Assembly (NCBI GenBank): GCA_016178625.1
Contig: JACOSX010000129.1
Coordinates: 3,898 to 67,897, forward strand
Direction of reading: 5' to 3'
DNA length: 64,000 nt
Source: Ignavibacteria bacterium
GTDB taxonomy: Bacteria > Bacteroidota > Ignavibacteria > UBA10030 > SZUA-254
Under the pieces are notes generated by a model, which was given only the letters and a program-made list of their open reading frames with translations, ran no database searches and was not told the origin of the DNA. The position numbers and the translations under genes are program-made. Shown here in pieces: positions 9,641 to 19,405 of the stretch (position 1 is the stretch's first letter; the number at the start of each line of letters is the position of its first letter).

Positions 9641-12600
9641 ATGAACCATTTCTACCGTCTTTGCATTGTCATGTTGTGTGTGGTAGTTCTTGTAAGTTCC
9701 GCGCTCGCCTCGGCGAAACGAGACCCAAGAGGGGTTGGCAAACTCCCGAAGGCGATGGTCGCTAAATTAAAACACAAGGAGCCGATTCGAGATTTTCTTG
9801 AGAATGAGGTCAAGCCGTTTACCAAGGAGGCTGCGCAAGCTTCTGTGACGGAGGCTCCGTACACGGGACCTAATTATCGGCTGTCACCCAATGCGACGCC
9901 TTTGAGCGGTGTGAAGAGGATAGGACTCGGCAAAGATTTTCCCAACCTTGCGACTGCCTTTACCTCATTGGATACTAACGGAGTCTCGGGACCCTTAACA
10001 CTACTGCTGTCCGACGCGAGTTACACAGATGCCGGTATCTTTCTCACTGGACCACCGGGCGCCAGCGCAACAAATACAGTTACCATCCAACCGGATTCGA
10101 ATGTCCTCTCTGTTGTGATTGATCTCTATGATTATGCGGGGGCGGGTGGTGGAATGATTTTTAAAGGCGCGCGGTATGTAACGGTTAACGGGACGAGGAA
10201 AAACGGTACTCCTGATTCCCGAGATCTTACGATCCGCTACGCCGCCAGTCAGCCACAGCCGCCTGCTGGCAATGCAGCATTGCGTCTTCGGGATGGCTGC
10301 GGTCATGTCACGATCATGAACTGCTATGTTTACGGTCGCGTTGGATCCACTTCGGCGACGCGCGCCATTCGCATGACTGGAAAACCTAATTCGGATATTT
10401 TGGTCTCCAATTGTCTTATGGGTAACGGGAATCAAGGTTTTGATTCTGATGATGGTAACTTCGTCGATTATGATGTGAACGTCAGGATTGTACACAACCA
10501 GGTCGGAGAGACGTATGGTGCGCATTGTGTCGAAGATGGGATCAGACTTGGTCATTCGATCAATAGCGAAATCGCCTACAACATCGTTGATGGTATTCGG
10601 TACCCCAGCACTTTTCCAGCCGCATCGGTCAGACCGTCGGGGATTCGCACAAGGTTTGTCTTTGCGACGAGCATTCATCATAACATTGTGAACAATGTTC
10701 TCTTCGATCGGACGACAAATACGACAAACCAGGGAAGAGCGTATGGCATCCGACACGCTGGCGACGGTAGGGGCGATGGAACCTCAACAGAGAATATTAT
10801 CTACAACAATTGCATCACCAACATCTTTAGCCGAAATACATCATTCAGCTCACCGGGGATCAACAACTCCTACGGCATTGAGTCGGTGGCTGGTCAGCAA
10901 GATAAGATCTATAATAATTCTATTTACTTGACTGGAAGTGCCTTGGGACCGGGTTTAGCAGTTGGTATTGTTCCTTTTGGGAGTGGGCAAGGCTCGCTTG
11001 CGATCATTGAAAACAATGCGGTGCGAATCGATCGTACGGGAACGGATGGCAATTTTGCACTTGCGCCCTTCGGTCTCAGCACAGGATCGTATGATGACAT
11101 TCAGTTGTCTGAGCATAATGTTCTGAACTCTACTGATTTCGCAACGACGTTTGGAACCTTGTATGATTGGTACGTCGCTTCAGGAAAAGATCTCGCGAGT
11201 ACCGATAACAATCCGTTCTTCCTGAGTGAAGCTGATCTTCATATTGATACAACCCAGCCATCGGCGGTGGCGAGTTTCGGAGCTTCTCTTCCCGAAGTCA
11301 CCGATGACATCGATGGGCAGGCGCGATCAGTTCCAAACCCTGAAGCAGGGTACGATGAATTTACCGGACCGGTGCCCGGTCTTCATGAAGTACAACCTGT
11401 CGATATTATCAATCCACCCCTGTCGGGACTGCCACAAGGCTTACCCTTCGTAGGAGTCAGCGCGAAGTTCAAGAATAACACGACGAGTTCAGAATCCTAC
11501 ACCGCGCGAATGCGCATCCTCGATTCCTCGGGAACTGAGGTCTACAACTCGACGGCGGCTGTGACTGGTCACACGGGTCTTACGTTCATGACCGTCACAT
11601 GGACCGATCCATTTACTCCGTCCATCGGGGCTCTTTATACCTTTATAGCGACATCGGAATTAGGCACTGACGCGCGACCTGAGAACGATACCGTCATGAG
11701 TCAGCGTCCGGCGGTGCCACTCATTGCTGGTCCAGTCTACAAGACGACTTATGAAACTGCGGCAGAGCAATTTGGTTGGTTTGGGACTCAAGATTTTGAA
11801 TTTGGCACACCGGCAAAGGTTATCCTTAATGCGGCTCACAGTGGAGTGAATGCCTGGGTGACGAAACTGAGTGGTAACTACTCTGAAGGTGGAGTCGACA
11901 ATCAAATTTATTCTCCCTTTTTCGACTTCTCTTCAACGACAAAGGGTTATGTAAGCTGGTATCACAGCATGGTAACGGAGCCATCGTGGGACGGGAGTAT
12001 CTTTGAATATTCAATCGATTCGGGAAAGACGTACAAGCGGCTTGCACCGTTTGTGAATGATCCCGATGGTGTTAACTGGTACAGCACCTCGACGTATGCG
12101 AATGCTGCTGGTGATACGAACTGTTTCGATTTCGGTCGATCGATCATTGTGGGATTCTTGCCACCGGGTGTTTTCGGACCGAAATGGACAAGCAATGGCG
12201 TTTGTTCGGGTGCTGATGTCGCTACGGGACCGTACGGTTATGTCTACATCGAGCATAAGCTGCCTCCGGAGGTGTTTGGGAAAACCTATGTGCGGTTCCG
12301 CTACAGTTTCTTCTCCGATGGTTTCGGGGCGGATGAAGGAGTAGCGTTCGATGATTTCAGCATAGACACAGTCGGCGCGGCGAGCAACGCAAGCATCAGC
12401 GGCATGGCATGGATTGACAACAACGGTAATGGAATAAAAGATGCAGGCGAGCTTCCTGATGTCGGACGCGTAATCTTACTCTCCGGGTCCGGGACGGGAA
12501 GGATGGTTACTGATCCTGGAGGTCTTTATAGTTTCACCAGTCTTGCCCCGGGTGTCTACACGGTCGAAGAATCAACGAAAACCGGATGGGCCGTTACAAC

Positions 12601-13915
12601 ACCCCCAGAGAAAGTGTACAACATCAGCCTTTCACCCGGACAAACGGTCAGTGATGCAGACTTCGGAGGTTTCCAGGGAACAATCGGTGGAACGGTCTAT
12701 AACGATATCACTGTGAATGGCGCCAAAGATTCCGGTGACCCCCCGCTAAGTAACTGGCGTGTGAGGTTGCTTGTTGGATCGACTGAGGTGGACAACCAGC
12801 TCACGAACACCAGTGGAGACTACCAATTCTCAGTCGGGCCCGGAACGTATACGATCCAAGAGGATGTTCAAGACGGGTGGAAACAATCCGCACCACCCGG
12901 ATTTGAGTACACCGATCTCCATATCGACACGGTGACCGGTTCCTCGAGCATCGCCGGAAAAGACTTCGGCAATTACAAACTTGGTAGAGTGCAAGGTGTT
13001 GTGTTCAACGATGTCAACGGCAACGGAATCCAAAATGCACCAACCGATCTTGGCTCGATTGGATTCGTTGTGAAACTCTTCAAGGGTAGTGTGTTGGTCG
13101 ATACGGCACTCACTTCATCGACGTCGTTCTTCACCAATTTTGATATCGAGAAAATCGATACAGGTCGCTATACGCTCTCGCAGGTTCCGCGTTCCGGATA
13201 TGTTCAGACCGCACCTTCGGGCGGCGGATCGTTCTCGCTTACGTTCGATAGCAGTGGACAATTCTTTACCAAAAGGCTGTTTGGGAATTTCCGTTTGGGC
13301 TCGATCAGTGGCAAAGTAGCGATCGATATCAATCGAAATGGGATTCTCGATCCGCAGGATACGATCCCGCTTGTCAGTTGGCGCATTCGGCTGGTGAAAG
13401 ACTCGGTCCAAGTTGATAGCGTGTTGACCAGCAGTAGCGGAGGTTACGCGTTCTCGAACCTCGGTCCGGCGACGTACAAAGTCAGCATTGTCACGCAGAG
13501 TGGGTGGACTCAAACGTTACCTGCTGCACAAGCACCGTACACCGTGACGATGTCGAGCGGTGCCTCTGTCACGAATCAAAATTTCGGAATTACGCTTGTG
13601 ACCACAGCAGTCGGCACTGGCGAAGAGCTTCCAAAGGAGTTCGCCCTCCACCAGAATTATCCGAATCCATTCAACCCGGTCACGATGATCAAGTTTGATC
13701 TTCCAAAGACTTCAACTGTCGGGCTGAGTGTCTATAATGTTCTCGGACAGCAGGTTGCCGTGCTTGTTGCGAACGACCGATTCATGCCGGGACGTTACGT
13801 TGAGCCCTTTAACGGTGGAAATTTCCCGAGTGGTTTATATTTCTATCGGATTGAGGCTGTCGCAGAAGATGGTGAAGTCTTTACGCAGGTGCTGAAGATG
13901 ATGTTGCTGAAGTAA
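9641..13915 (+). CDS. Large secreted multidomain protein with a T9SS C-terminal sorting domain (adhesin-like): beta-helix, CARDB-like and lectin-like regions, and four SdrD-B-like repeats
   Basis: ATG at 9641 is preceded by aggagg and followed by the signal peptide MNHFYRLCIVMLCVVVLVSSALASA; the ORF-track start at 9488 adds a non-signal leader. Parallel beta-helix-like repeats are visible (NCYVYGRV...VHNQVGETYGAHCVEDGIRLGHS). Four roughly 110-aa repeats fit the pattern G.V..D.N.NG..D.......V.L......V....T...G.Y.F..L..G.Y.V......GW. The C-terminus (NYPNPFNPVTMIKFDLPK...LSVYNVLGQQVAVLV...SGLYFYRIEAV...KMMLLK) is a Por_Secre_tail/T9SS type-A sorting domain. Confidence 0.8.
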   Translation: MNHFYRLCIVMLCVVVLVSSALASAKRDPRGVGKLPKAMVAKLKHKEPIRDFLENEVKPFTKEAAQASVTEAPYTGPNYRLSPNATPLSGVKRIGLGKDFPNLATAFTSLDTNGVSGPLTLLLSDASYTDAGIFLTGPPGASATNTVTIQPDSNVLSVVIDLYDYAGAGGGMIFKGARYVTVNGTRKNGTPDSRDLTIRYAASQPQPPAGNAALRLRDGCGHVTIMNCYVYGRVGSTSATRAIRMTGKPNSDILVSNCLMGNGNQGFDSDDGNFVDYDVNVRIVHNQVGETYGAHCVEDGIRLGHSINSEIAYNIVDGIRYPSTFPAASVRPSGIRTRFVFATSIHHNIVNNVLFDRTTNTTNQGRAYGIRHAGDGRGDGTSTENIIYNNCITNIFSRNTSFSSPGINNSYGIESVAGQQDKIYNNSIYLTGSALGPGLAVGIVPFGSGQGSLAIIENNAVRIDRTGTDGNFALAPFGLSTGSYDDIQLSEHNVLNSTDFATTFGTLYDWYVASGKDLASTDNNPFFLSEADLHIDTTQPSAVASFGASLPEVTDDIDGQARSVPNPEAGYDEFTGPVPGLHEVQPVDIINPPLSGLPQGLPFVGVSAKFKNNTTSSESYTARMRILDSSGTEVYNSTAAVTGHTGLTFMTVTWTDPFTPSIGALYTFIATSELGTDARPENDTVMSQRPAVPLIAGPVYKTTYETAAEQFGWFGTQDFEFGTPAKVILNAAHSGVNAWVTKLSGNYSEGGVDNQIYSPFFDFSSTTKGYVSWYHSMVTEPSWDGSIFEYSIDSGKTYKRLAPFVNDPDGVNWYSTSTYANAAGDTNCFDFGRSIIVGFLPPGVFGPKWTSNGVCSGADVATGPYGYVYIEHKLPPEVFGKTYVRFRYSFFSDGFGADEGVAFDDFSIDTVGAASNASISGMAWIDNNGNGIKDAGELPDVGRVILLSGSGTGRMVTDPGGLYSFTSLAPGVYTVEESTKTGWAVTTPPEKVYNISLSPGQTVSDADFGGFQGTIGGTVYNDITVNGAKDSGDPPLSNWRVRLLVGSTEVDNQLTNTSGDYQFSVGPGTYTIQEDVQDGWKQSAPPGFEYTDLHIDTVTGSSSIAGKDFGNYKLGRVQGVVFNDVNGNGIQNAPTDLGSIGFVVKLFKGSVLVDTALTSSTSFFTNFDIEKIDTGRYTLSQVPRSGYVQTAPSGGGSFSLTFDSSGQFFTKRLFGNFRLGSISGKVAIDINRNGILDPQDTIPLVSWRIRLVKDSVQVDSVLTSSSGGYAFSNLGPATYKVSIVTQSGWTQTLPAAQAPYTVTMSSGASVTNQNFGITLVTTAVGTGEELPKEFALHQNYPNPFNPVTMIKFDLPKTSTVGLSVYNVLGQQVAVLVANDRFMPGRYVEPFNGGNFPSGLYFYRIEAVAEDGEVFTQVLKMMLLK

Positions 13916-13943
13916 GTACGAAGATTTTTCAGCATTTGAGCGA

Positions 13944-13979
13944 GCAAAGAGCACCGATGTCGGTGCTCTTTGCTTTTAT
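13944..13979 (+). terminator. Rho-independent terminator after the T9SS protein gene
   Basis: A perfect 13-bp stem (gcaaagagcaccg / cggtgctctttgc) encloses the loop atgt and is followed by ttttat. Confidence 0.8.
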
Positions 13980-14037
13980 CCTTGACAACCCCAAAGGAAA
14001 CCCCTATATTGACATCGTTAAAATCTGAGACTAAGAA

Positions 14038-15054
14038 ATGCTGAACTACATCTGGCTCGCGTTGGTCGTCATCGGCATCGGTGTCGCTGTATGGAGCGAT
14101 GTGCACGATCTATCGACGAACAAGTACCACAATGGAGAGTATCTGCAAGCCTCAATCCAGAATTCTCCTTCAGCGGACTCTCTCTCTAGCCGATTGGAAT
14201 CATATCCAATCACACTTGTCATTGTGCCTGCAGATTTTAACTCAATGTACGGAACGAATATCGCGGATATGATTCGGTTCACGGCTGAAATATTTCCGAC
14301 GAAGCGAAGATCTGATGAGCCCGATACCTATCTGCCTGAGTTCGGGGGGATCCTCCACATCATCGTGAATGACCGAACGCCAAGTATCTGGAAAGAAATT
14401 TATAAGCTTCAAAAGAATCAGGATTTTTTGTTGGCGCGCTATATCGAGTTGCTACGGGATCCGCGCAATCATCGAATCAAGCTGACCCTCGATCCAGTAA
14501 AATTCGTCAAGCTCAACGCCGTCACCAACGACGGTATCATCAAGTACGCCAAAACTGCGGTTGAACTTGCGATTGCTCTTATCGGAATTATGGCGCTCTG
14601 GCTTGGCATCATGAAGATCGGCGAGCAATCCGGGTTGGTCTCTAAACTTGGAAGCCTTCTTAAGCCTATTACCACTAGACTCTTCCCCGATGTTCCCGCG
14701 GATCATCCCGCAATGGGGGCTATGATCATGAACATCTCGGCAAATATGCTCGGACTAATGAATGCCGCCACACCGCTCGGCCTTAAAGCGATGGAAGAAC
14801 TAAACAAACTCAACAAGAAAGGCGGGACAGCTACCGATGCGATGTGTACGTTCCTCGTCATCAATACGAGTAATGTTCAACTCATTCCAGCAACAGTCAT
14901 CGCGATCCGTGCGGCGGCAGGTTCCGCCAGCCCGACGGAGATTTTGGGACCTGTTATCGTTGCCACGATCATCACGCTCATTGTCGGAGTGACGACAGCG
15001 AAACTCATGGCGATGCTTCCCATGTATAAACGGCAGCTCACTGGATTGGAGTAA
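14038..15054 (+). CDS. Nucleoside-recognition (Gate) domain membrane protein, SpmA-like, with a roughly 140-aa inserted soluble segment
   Basis: The N-terminus is MLNYIWLALVVIGIGVA. Conserved SpmA blocks include KTAVELAIALIGIMALWLGIMKI, RLFPDVPADHPAMGAMIMNISANMLGLMNAATPLGLKAMEEL and TDAMCTFLVINTSNVQLIPATVIAIRAAAGS. Confidence 0.7.
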   Translation: MLNYIWLALVVIGIGVAVWSDVHDLSTNKYHNGEYLQASIQNSPSADSLSSRLESYPITLVIVPADFNSMYGTNIADMIRFTAEIFPTKRRSDEPDTYLPEFGGILHIIVNDRTPSIWKEIYKLQKNQDFLLARYIELLRDPRNHRIKLTLDPVKFVKLNAVTNDGIIKYAKTAVELAIALIGIMALWLGIMKIGEQSGLVSKLGSLLKPITTRLFPDVPADHPAMGAMIMNISANMLGLMNAATPLGLKAMEELNKLNKKGGTATDAMCTFLVINTSNVQLIPATVIAIRAAAGSASPTEILGPVIVATIITLIVGVTTAKLMAMLPMYKRQLTGLE

Positions 15055-15056
15055 CC

Positions 15057-15599
15057 GTGCAGACAGTGGTCAGCATTATCGACATCATCTCAATCATTGC
15101 GATCCCCTCTCTCGTTCTCTTCATTGTTGTCTACGGCGCGGTCAAGAAGGTCAAGATCTACGAAGCGTTCGTGGAAGGAGCGAAGGAAGGATTCAACGTT
15201 GGAGTTCGCATCATCCCATACCTTGTTGCAATGCTTGTGGCGATTGGGATTTTCCGCGCAGGCGGGGCGATGGAGATCCTCGCGTCTATTCTCTCGCCGT
15301 TGACGAAACTCATTGGGATGCCCGCCGAGGCGCTGCCGATGGCAATCATCAGACCGTTGTCCGGTAGCGGCGCTCTCGGTGTTATGTCTGAGATCATCAA
15401 GTCGCATGGTCCTGATTCTCTCATCGGCAGGATGGTCTCGGTGATGATGGGAAGCAGCGAAACGACATTCTACGTGCTGGCTGTGTATTTCGGTTCTGTT
15501 GGCATTACAAAGACACGGCAGGCAGTCCCAGCGGGCATCGTTGCTGATGTTGTTGCGATTCTGATGTCGGTCTGGCTCACAAACATTATCTTCGGATGA
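15057..15599 (+). CDS. SpmB-like nucleoside-recognition domain membrane protein
   Basis: Typical SpmB blocks are present: FVEGAKEGFNVGVRIIPYLVAMLVAIGIFRAGGAMEIL and RPLSGSGALGVMSEIIKSHGPDS. The gene sits 3 nt after spmA-like, as an operon partner. Confidence 0.7.
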   Translation: MQTVVSIIDIISIIAIPSLVLFIVVYGAVKKVKIYEAFVEGAKEGFNVGVRIIPYLVAMLVAIGIFRAGGAMEILASILSPLTKLIGMPAEALPMAIIRPLSGSGALGVMSEIIKSHGPDSLIGRMVSVMMGSSETTFYVLAVYFGSVGITKTRQAVPAGIVADVVAILMSVWLTNIIFG

Positions 15600-15698
15600 T
15601 CCTTTAGTAGGAACGATGGTTCAGTGGTGAAGAATTGGAATCCATGACACATCAGAGGCTGAGATGACTAATATCCCGTCATATTGTGGTGAAGTGAC

Positions 15699-16151
15699 AT
15701 GATAAAGTATCTTCGATTTGCAGCCTTATTGCCTCTATTTTTTCTCCTCCTCTTCGTGTGTGAGAAAAAACCCCAACCCTGCCCGACGTGTAACGGCATA
15801 GGAAAGGTAACACATTCAGAGAATATCCAATTACCATTCGAGATTACAACGTGCAACGTGACAGATAAAGGGTTCTTCGATCCCGATTACTTTGCAGATG
15901 TCACGGTTGAGAATAAAGGAGATGAAGATGGTACATTCATTGTATTCGTTGATTTTGAGTATCAAGGTATCGGACCACATACTGAACAATCCGAGATCTT
16001 TATCAAAGCACATTCTCAAGCAACGAAGCAGATTCACTACGATCCAGACAAGAAAGCCGACAAGTCTGGCTGCAGAGTGAGTGCGCCGACGGTGATTCAC
16101 ACAACCCAAACACCCTGTCTTACATGTCAAGGAGGTGGTGTCGTGAAATAG
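15699..16151 (+). CDS. Hypothetical lipoprotein with two CxxCxGxG (DnaJ-type zinc-finger-like) motifs
   Basis: Signal and lipobox LLFVC. The motifs CPTCNGIG (N-terminal) and CLTCQGGG (C-terminal) are about 110 residues apart. Confidence 0.5.
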   Translation: MIKYLRFAALLPLFFLLLFVCEKKPQPCPTCNGIGKVTHSENIQLPFEITTCNVTDKGFFDPDYFADVTVENKGDEDGTFIVFVDFEYQGIGPHTEQSEIFIKAHSQATKQIHYDPDKKADKSGCRVSAPTVIHTTQTPCLTCQGGGVVK

Positions 16152-16295
16152 AAGTGACCTCTTGAGATCATTTTCTCCCAGGTTCACCTAAGGGGGCTTG
16201 ATTTTAATAACTCGCTTACCTATATTCACCAAACCATAATCTTCAGTCCGATCGGATGACAGAAGAGTGGATGCTAAGCGCCTCCTCATCACATA

Positions 16296-17213
16296 ATGAC
16301 AATGAATGTCTTGAATAAGCTGATCGTCGCAACACTTCCTGTAGTTCCAAAACCTATCATTAGAAAATTTGCAAGTCGTTATATCGCCGGCGAAGAAATC
16401 ACCCATGCAGTCCAGACGGTCAGGCAACTCAACAAGGAAGGCATCATGGCGACGCTCGATGTCCTGGGCGAGGATATTCACCATCGCGAGGAAGCCGTTA
16501 CCGCGCGCACGATGATCATTGAAGTCTTGCAGTCCATCGATCAAGAGCGCCTTGATTCGAATGTTTCTCTGAAGCTCACACAATTAGGGCTGAAGCTTGG
16601 TAAAGAGTTTTGTCTTGAAAATACACACCACATCGTCGCTCGTGCAAGAGAGTTGAATAACTTTATCCGCGTTGATATGGAGGATTCTTCCTGCACCGAT
16701 GATACGATTTGGATCTACCGGGAACTACGGAGGGAGTTCTCGAATGTCGGTATTGTATTGCAGGCGTATCTGAAACGAACCAGGAATGACGCCGAAGCGA
16801 TGATGAGGAACGGATTGAAGAATTTCCGTCTTTGCAAAGGGATCTACATTGAGTCGGAAGAGATCGCGTTCAAGACGAAGCAAGGGATCAATGAAAACTA
16901 TCGGCAGGTTCTTGAAGAGATGTTGCATCAGAAGGCGTATGTCGGGATCGCAACGCATGACAGTGAATTAATTGACGCTGCCTACGAGATCATTGAAACA
17001 TTAAAGCTCCAGAAGACAGACTATGAGTTCCAGATGTTGCTCGGTGTTCGACCTGAACTGCGATCAAAACTTGTGCGCGATGGGCATCGCGTCCGCATCT
17101 ATGTGCCGTTCGGCAAACAGTGGTATCAATATTCTATCAGGCGTTTTAAGGAAAATCCGCAGATAGCGGGATATGTCTTTAAAGCATTATTTACCGGGAA
17201 TCAACTTAATTAA
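16296..17213 (+). CDS. Proline dehydrogenase (monofunctional PRODH)
   Basis: At 305 aa it has the typical PRODH layout: LDVLGEDIHHREEA, a LQAYLKRT-type segment and GIATHD. Confidence 0.7.
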   Translation: MTMNVLNKLIVATLPVVPKPIIRKFASRYIAGEEITHAVQTVRQLNKEGIMATLDVLGEDIHHREEAVTARTMIIEVLQSIDQERLDSNVSLKLTQLGLKLGKEFCLENTHHIVARARELNNFIRVDMEDSSCTDDTIWIYRELRREFSNVGIVLQAYLKRTRNDAEAMMRNGLKNFRLCKGIYIESEEIAFKTKQGINENYRQVLEEMLHQKAYVGIATHDSELIDAAYEIIETLKLQKTDYEFQMLLGVRPELRSKLVRDGHRVRIYVPFGKQWYQYSIRRFKENPQIAGYVFKALFTGNQLN

Positions 17214-17249
17214 TCGTCCACATTTGCGCCACATTTAGAGGAGTACTCT

Positions 17250-19286
17250 ATGGCTGAGACAGATATCGAATCCACGCACAAGCCGTTCGTCCCGGAAACC
17301 GTCAGCATGACGGAATTCACGGTCCGTGCAGTGATACCGGGACTGATCATGACTCTTGTTTTAGGTGCAGCCAACGCCTATCTGGGATTACGAGCGGGTC
17401 AGACGATTGCAGCGACGTACCCTGCGGCGGTTATCAGCATGGCCATATTGCGATTACGCCGTGGTTCGATCCTTGAAGAGAACCTTGCTCGTACGGCTGG
17501 CTCGATTGGTGAATCGGTCGCAGCCGGCGCGATTTTCACATTGCCCGCCTTTCTCATTGCTGGAGTATGGCCCTCATTTGCACCCGGGGACGCCTACTGG
17601 AAGTCAACGGCCTTGATGGTTGTGGGCGGTATCCTCGGAGTGTTGTTCTGCTCACTCGTTCGTCGTGTCATGGTAGAGGATCGTACACTGCCGTTCCCGG
17701 AATCCGTTGCCGCTTCTGAGATTCATAAGGCCGGGCAAGTAGGGGCGCAAGCTGCGAAACACCTGTTCCGAAGTATGGGTGTCGGTGCGGTAACATTCCT
17801 CGCCGGTGCGTTTAATTTTTTTGCTCCCGATAGGGACTTCATCATTCGTGTGGGTGAAGTTGGAACGAGCAAGATCAAACTGGGAGCGAGTGCTACTGCA
17901 CCCGCTGTAGGTACTGGCGGTGTCACATTGTTCGCGGCACCCACCATTAGCCCCGCATATCTCGGCGTCGGTTACATCATCGGCCCTGAACTTGCTGCTC
18001 TCAACTTCTCAGGAGGAGTTATAGCGTGGGGACTTATGGTGCCGCTCATCATTTACCTTCTCGGCCCGCAGTTACAGAATATTCTTCCCCCCGGCGCAGG
18101 TGACGCAGGATGGGAAGGGATGGTTATCTCCGTTTGGCGATTCATCGTTCGTCCGATCGCCGTGGGCGGGATGCTTGTCGGCACGACTTATACACTGTAC
18201 CGCAGGCGCAAAAGTATTTTCGGAGGGCTGGCAAAAGCCTTCGCCGAGTTGCGAGGACCGACTCCTGAGCCTGCAAGCGTAACCCGCACCGAGCGCTACA
18301 TGAGCTCGAAAACGGTCTTCGGATTGATCGGCATAACGTTCATCATGATGGTGGCGCTGTACATCTCCATGTCGGATCTCGTGTTGGGTGGGATCGTGGC
18401 AGCCGTTGTCATGCTGATCGCTGGGTTCTTCTTTGCAACTGTGTCAGGCTACTTGGTTGGCCTGATCGGTTCTTCGAACAACCCGATTTCCGGGCTGACG
18501 CTGTCTACACTCATCGTGGCTGCATTGTTGATGGTCGCGCTCGGCGTGTCGGGCACAAGTGGTGTGATCGCTGTGCTGGGCGTCGCTTCGGTTGTCTGCG
18601 TCTCCGCGGCGGTTGCGGGAGAACTTCTTCAAGATTTCAAGGTCGGTTATATATTGGGTGGAACCCCACGGACCATTCAGATCGTCGAACTGATCGCAGT
18701 CGTTTGTGCAAGCTTACTCATGTACTTTCCCCTTATGGTTCTGCATCAGGGGAATATCAATGCCGGCGGGATCGGATTTGGAGACAAGGCACTCCCGGCT
18801 CCTCAGGCTGGCCTTATGGCGGCACTTGCGAAAGGGATCGTGGGAGGGGAGATGCCTTGGCCTCTGATCGTGGTGGGAATCCTTCTGGGTGTTGCAATGA
18901 TTTTGGTGAAGGTGAAGAGTCCCATGCTCGTGGCTGTCGGCATGTATTTGCCGCTCGCCACGACCTCCGCAATCTTTGTCGGCGGCGTTATTCGATGGAT
19001 GACGGATACTATGCGCGACAGAAAGGGATTCAATGACGCGCAGAAGAGGCGCGTGGAAAACGTCGGTGTCCTTGTGGCATCAGGACTGATTGCCGGAGAG
19101 GCGTTGGTCGGTCTGATAACCGCCACCTTCAACTTCTTCAACATAAAAATACCGGGTGTTTTCGAGTCCCCGACGTACCTGGTCGGACTGGTCGTCTTGC
19201 TGCTGCTGGCATATGCCCTCATCAAAATTCCGCTTGCAAACGCGGGGAGACCCGACGAGCCGGCACCACCTGCGGCCATCATGTAA
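17250..19286 (+). CDS. OPT-family oligopeptide transporter
   Basis: The 678-aa polytopic membrane protein starts with the OPT N-terminal block FTVRAVIPGLIMTLVLGAANAYLGLRAGQTIAATYPAAVISMAIL. It is a paralog of the gene at 21125. Confidence 0.75.
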   Translation: MAETDIESTHKPFVPETVSMTEFTVRAVIPGLIMTLVLGAANAYLGLRAGQTIAATYPAAVISMAILRLRRGSILEENLARTAGSIGESVAAGAIFTLPAFLIAGVWPSFAPGDAYWKSTALMVVGGILGVLFCSLVRRVMVEDRTLPFPESVAASEIHKAGQVGAQAAKHLFRSMGVGAVTFLAGAFNFFAPDRDFIIRVGEVGTSKIKLGASATAPAVGTGGVTLFAAPTISPAYLGVGYIIGPELAALNFSGGVIAWGLMVPLIIYLLGPQLQNILPPGAGDAGWEGMVISVWRFIVRPIAVGGMLVGTTYTLYRRRKSIFGGLAKAFAELRGPTPEPASVTRTERYMSSKTVFGLIGITFIMMVALYISMSDLVLGGIVAAVVMLIAGFFFATVSGYLVGLIGSSNNPISGLTLSTLIVAALLMVALGVSGTSGVIAVLGVASVVCVSAAVAGELLQDFKVGYILGGTPRTIQIVELIAVVCASLLMYFPLMVLHQGNINAGGIGFGDKALPAPQAGLMAALAKGIVGGEMPWPLIVVGILLGVAMILVKVKSPMLVAVGMYLPLATTSAIFVGGVIRWMTDTMRDRKGFNDAQKRRVENVGVLVASGLIAGEALVGLITATFNFFNIKIPGVFESPTYLVGLVVLLLLAYALIKIPLANAGRPDEPAPPAAIM

Positions 19287-19405
19287 ACTGAGCTACCGCA
19301 GTCCATCGCGGAGATGGAACAAAAAGCTCAGCGCTTGTTCGGACGACGATACCGTTGCGATATGGTTAGTACGTAGTTTCAATCACATAATAATGGAGTG
19401 ACTAT

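Noticed and set aside
10001-10756. Long antisense ORFs inside confident genes: 10001..10756 (-), 21970..22551 (-), 32463..33158 (-), 35154..35852 (-), 49696..50346 (-) and 58702..59445 (-)
   Set aside because: Each is fully embedded, antisense, in a gene with strong motif support (T9SS protein, OPT, pgk, ispG, P5CDH, smc). They have no motifs or ribosome-binding sites of their own, so I treat them as spurious.
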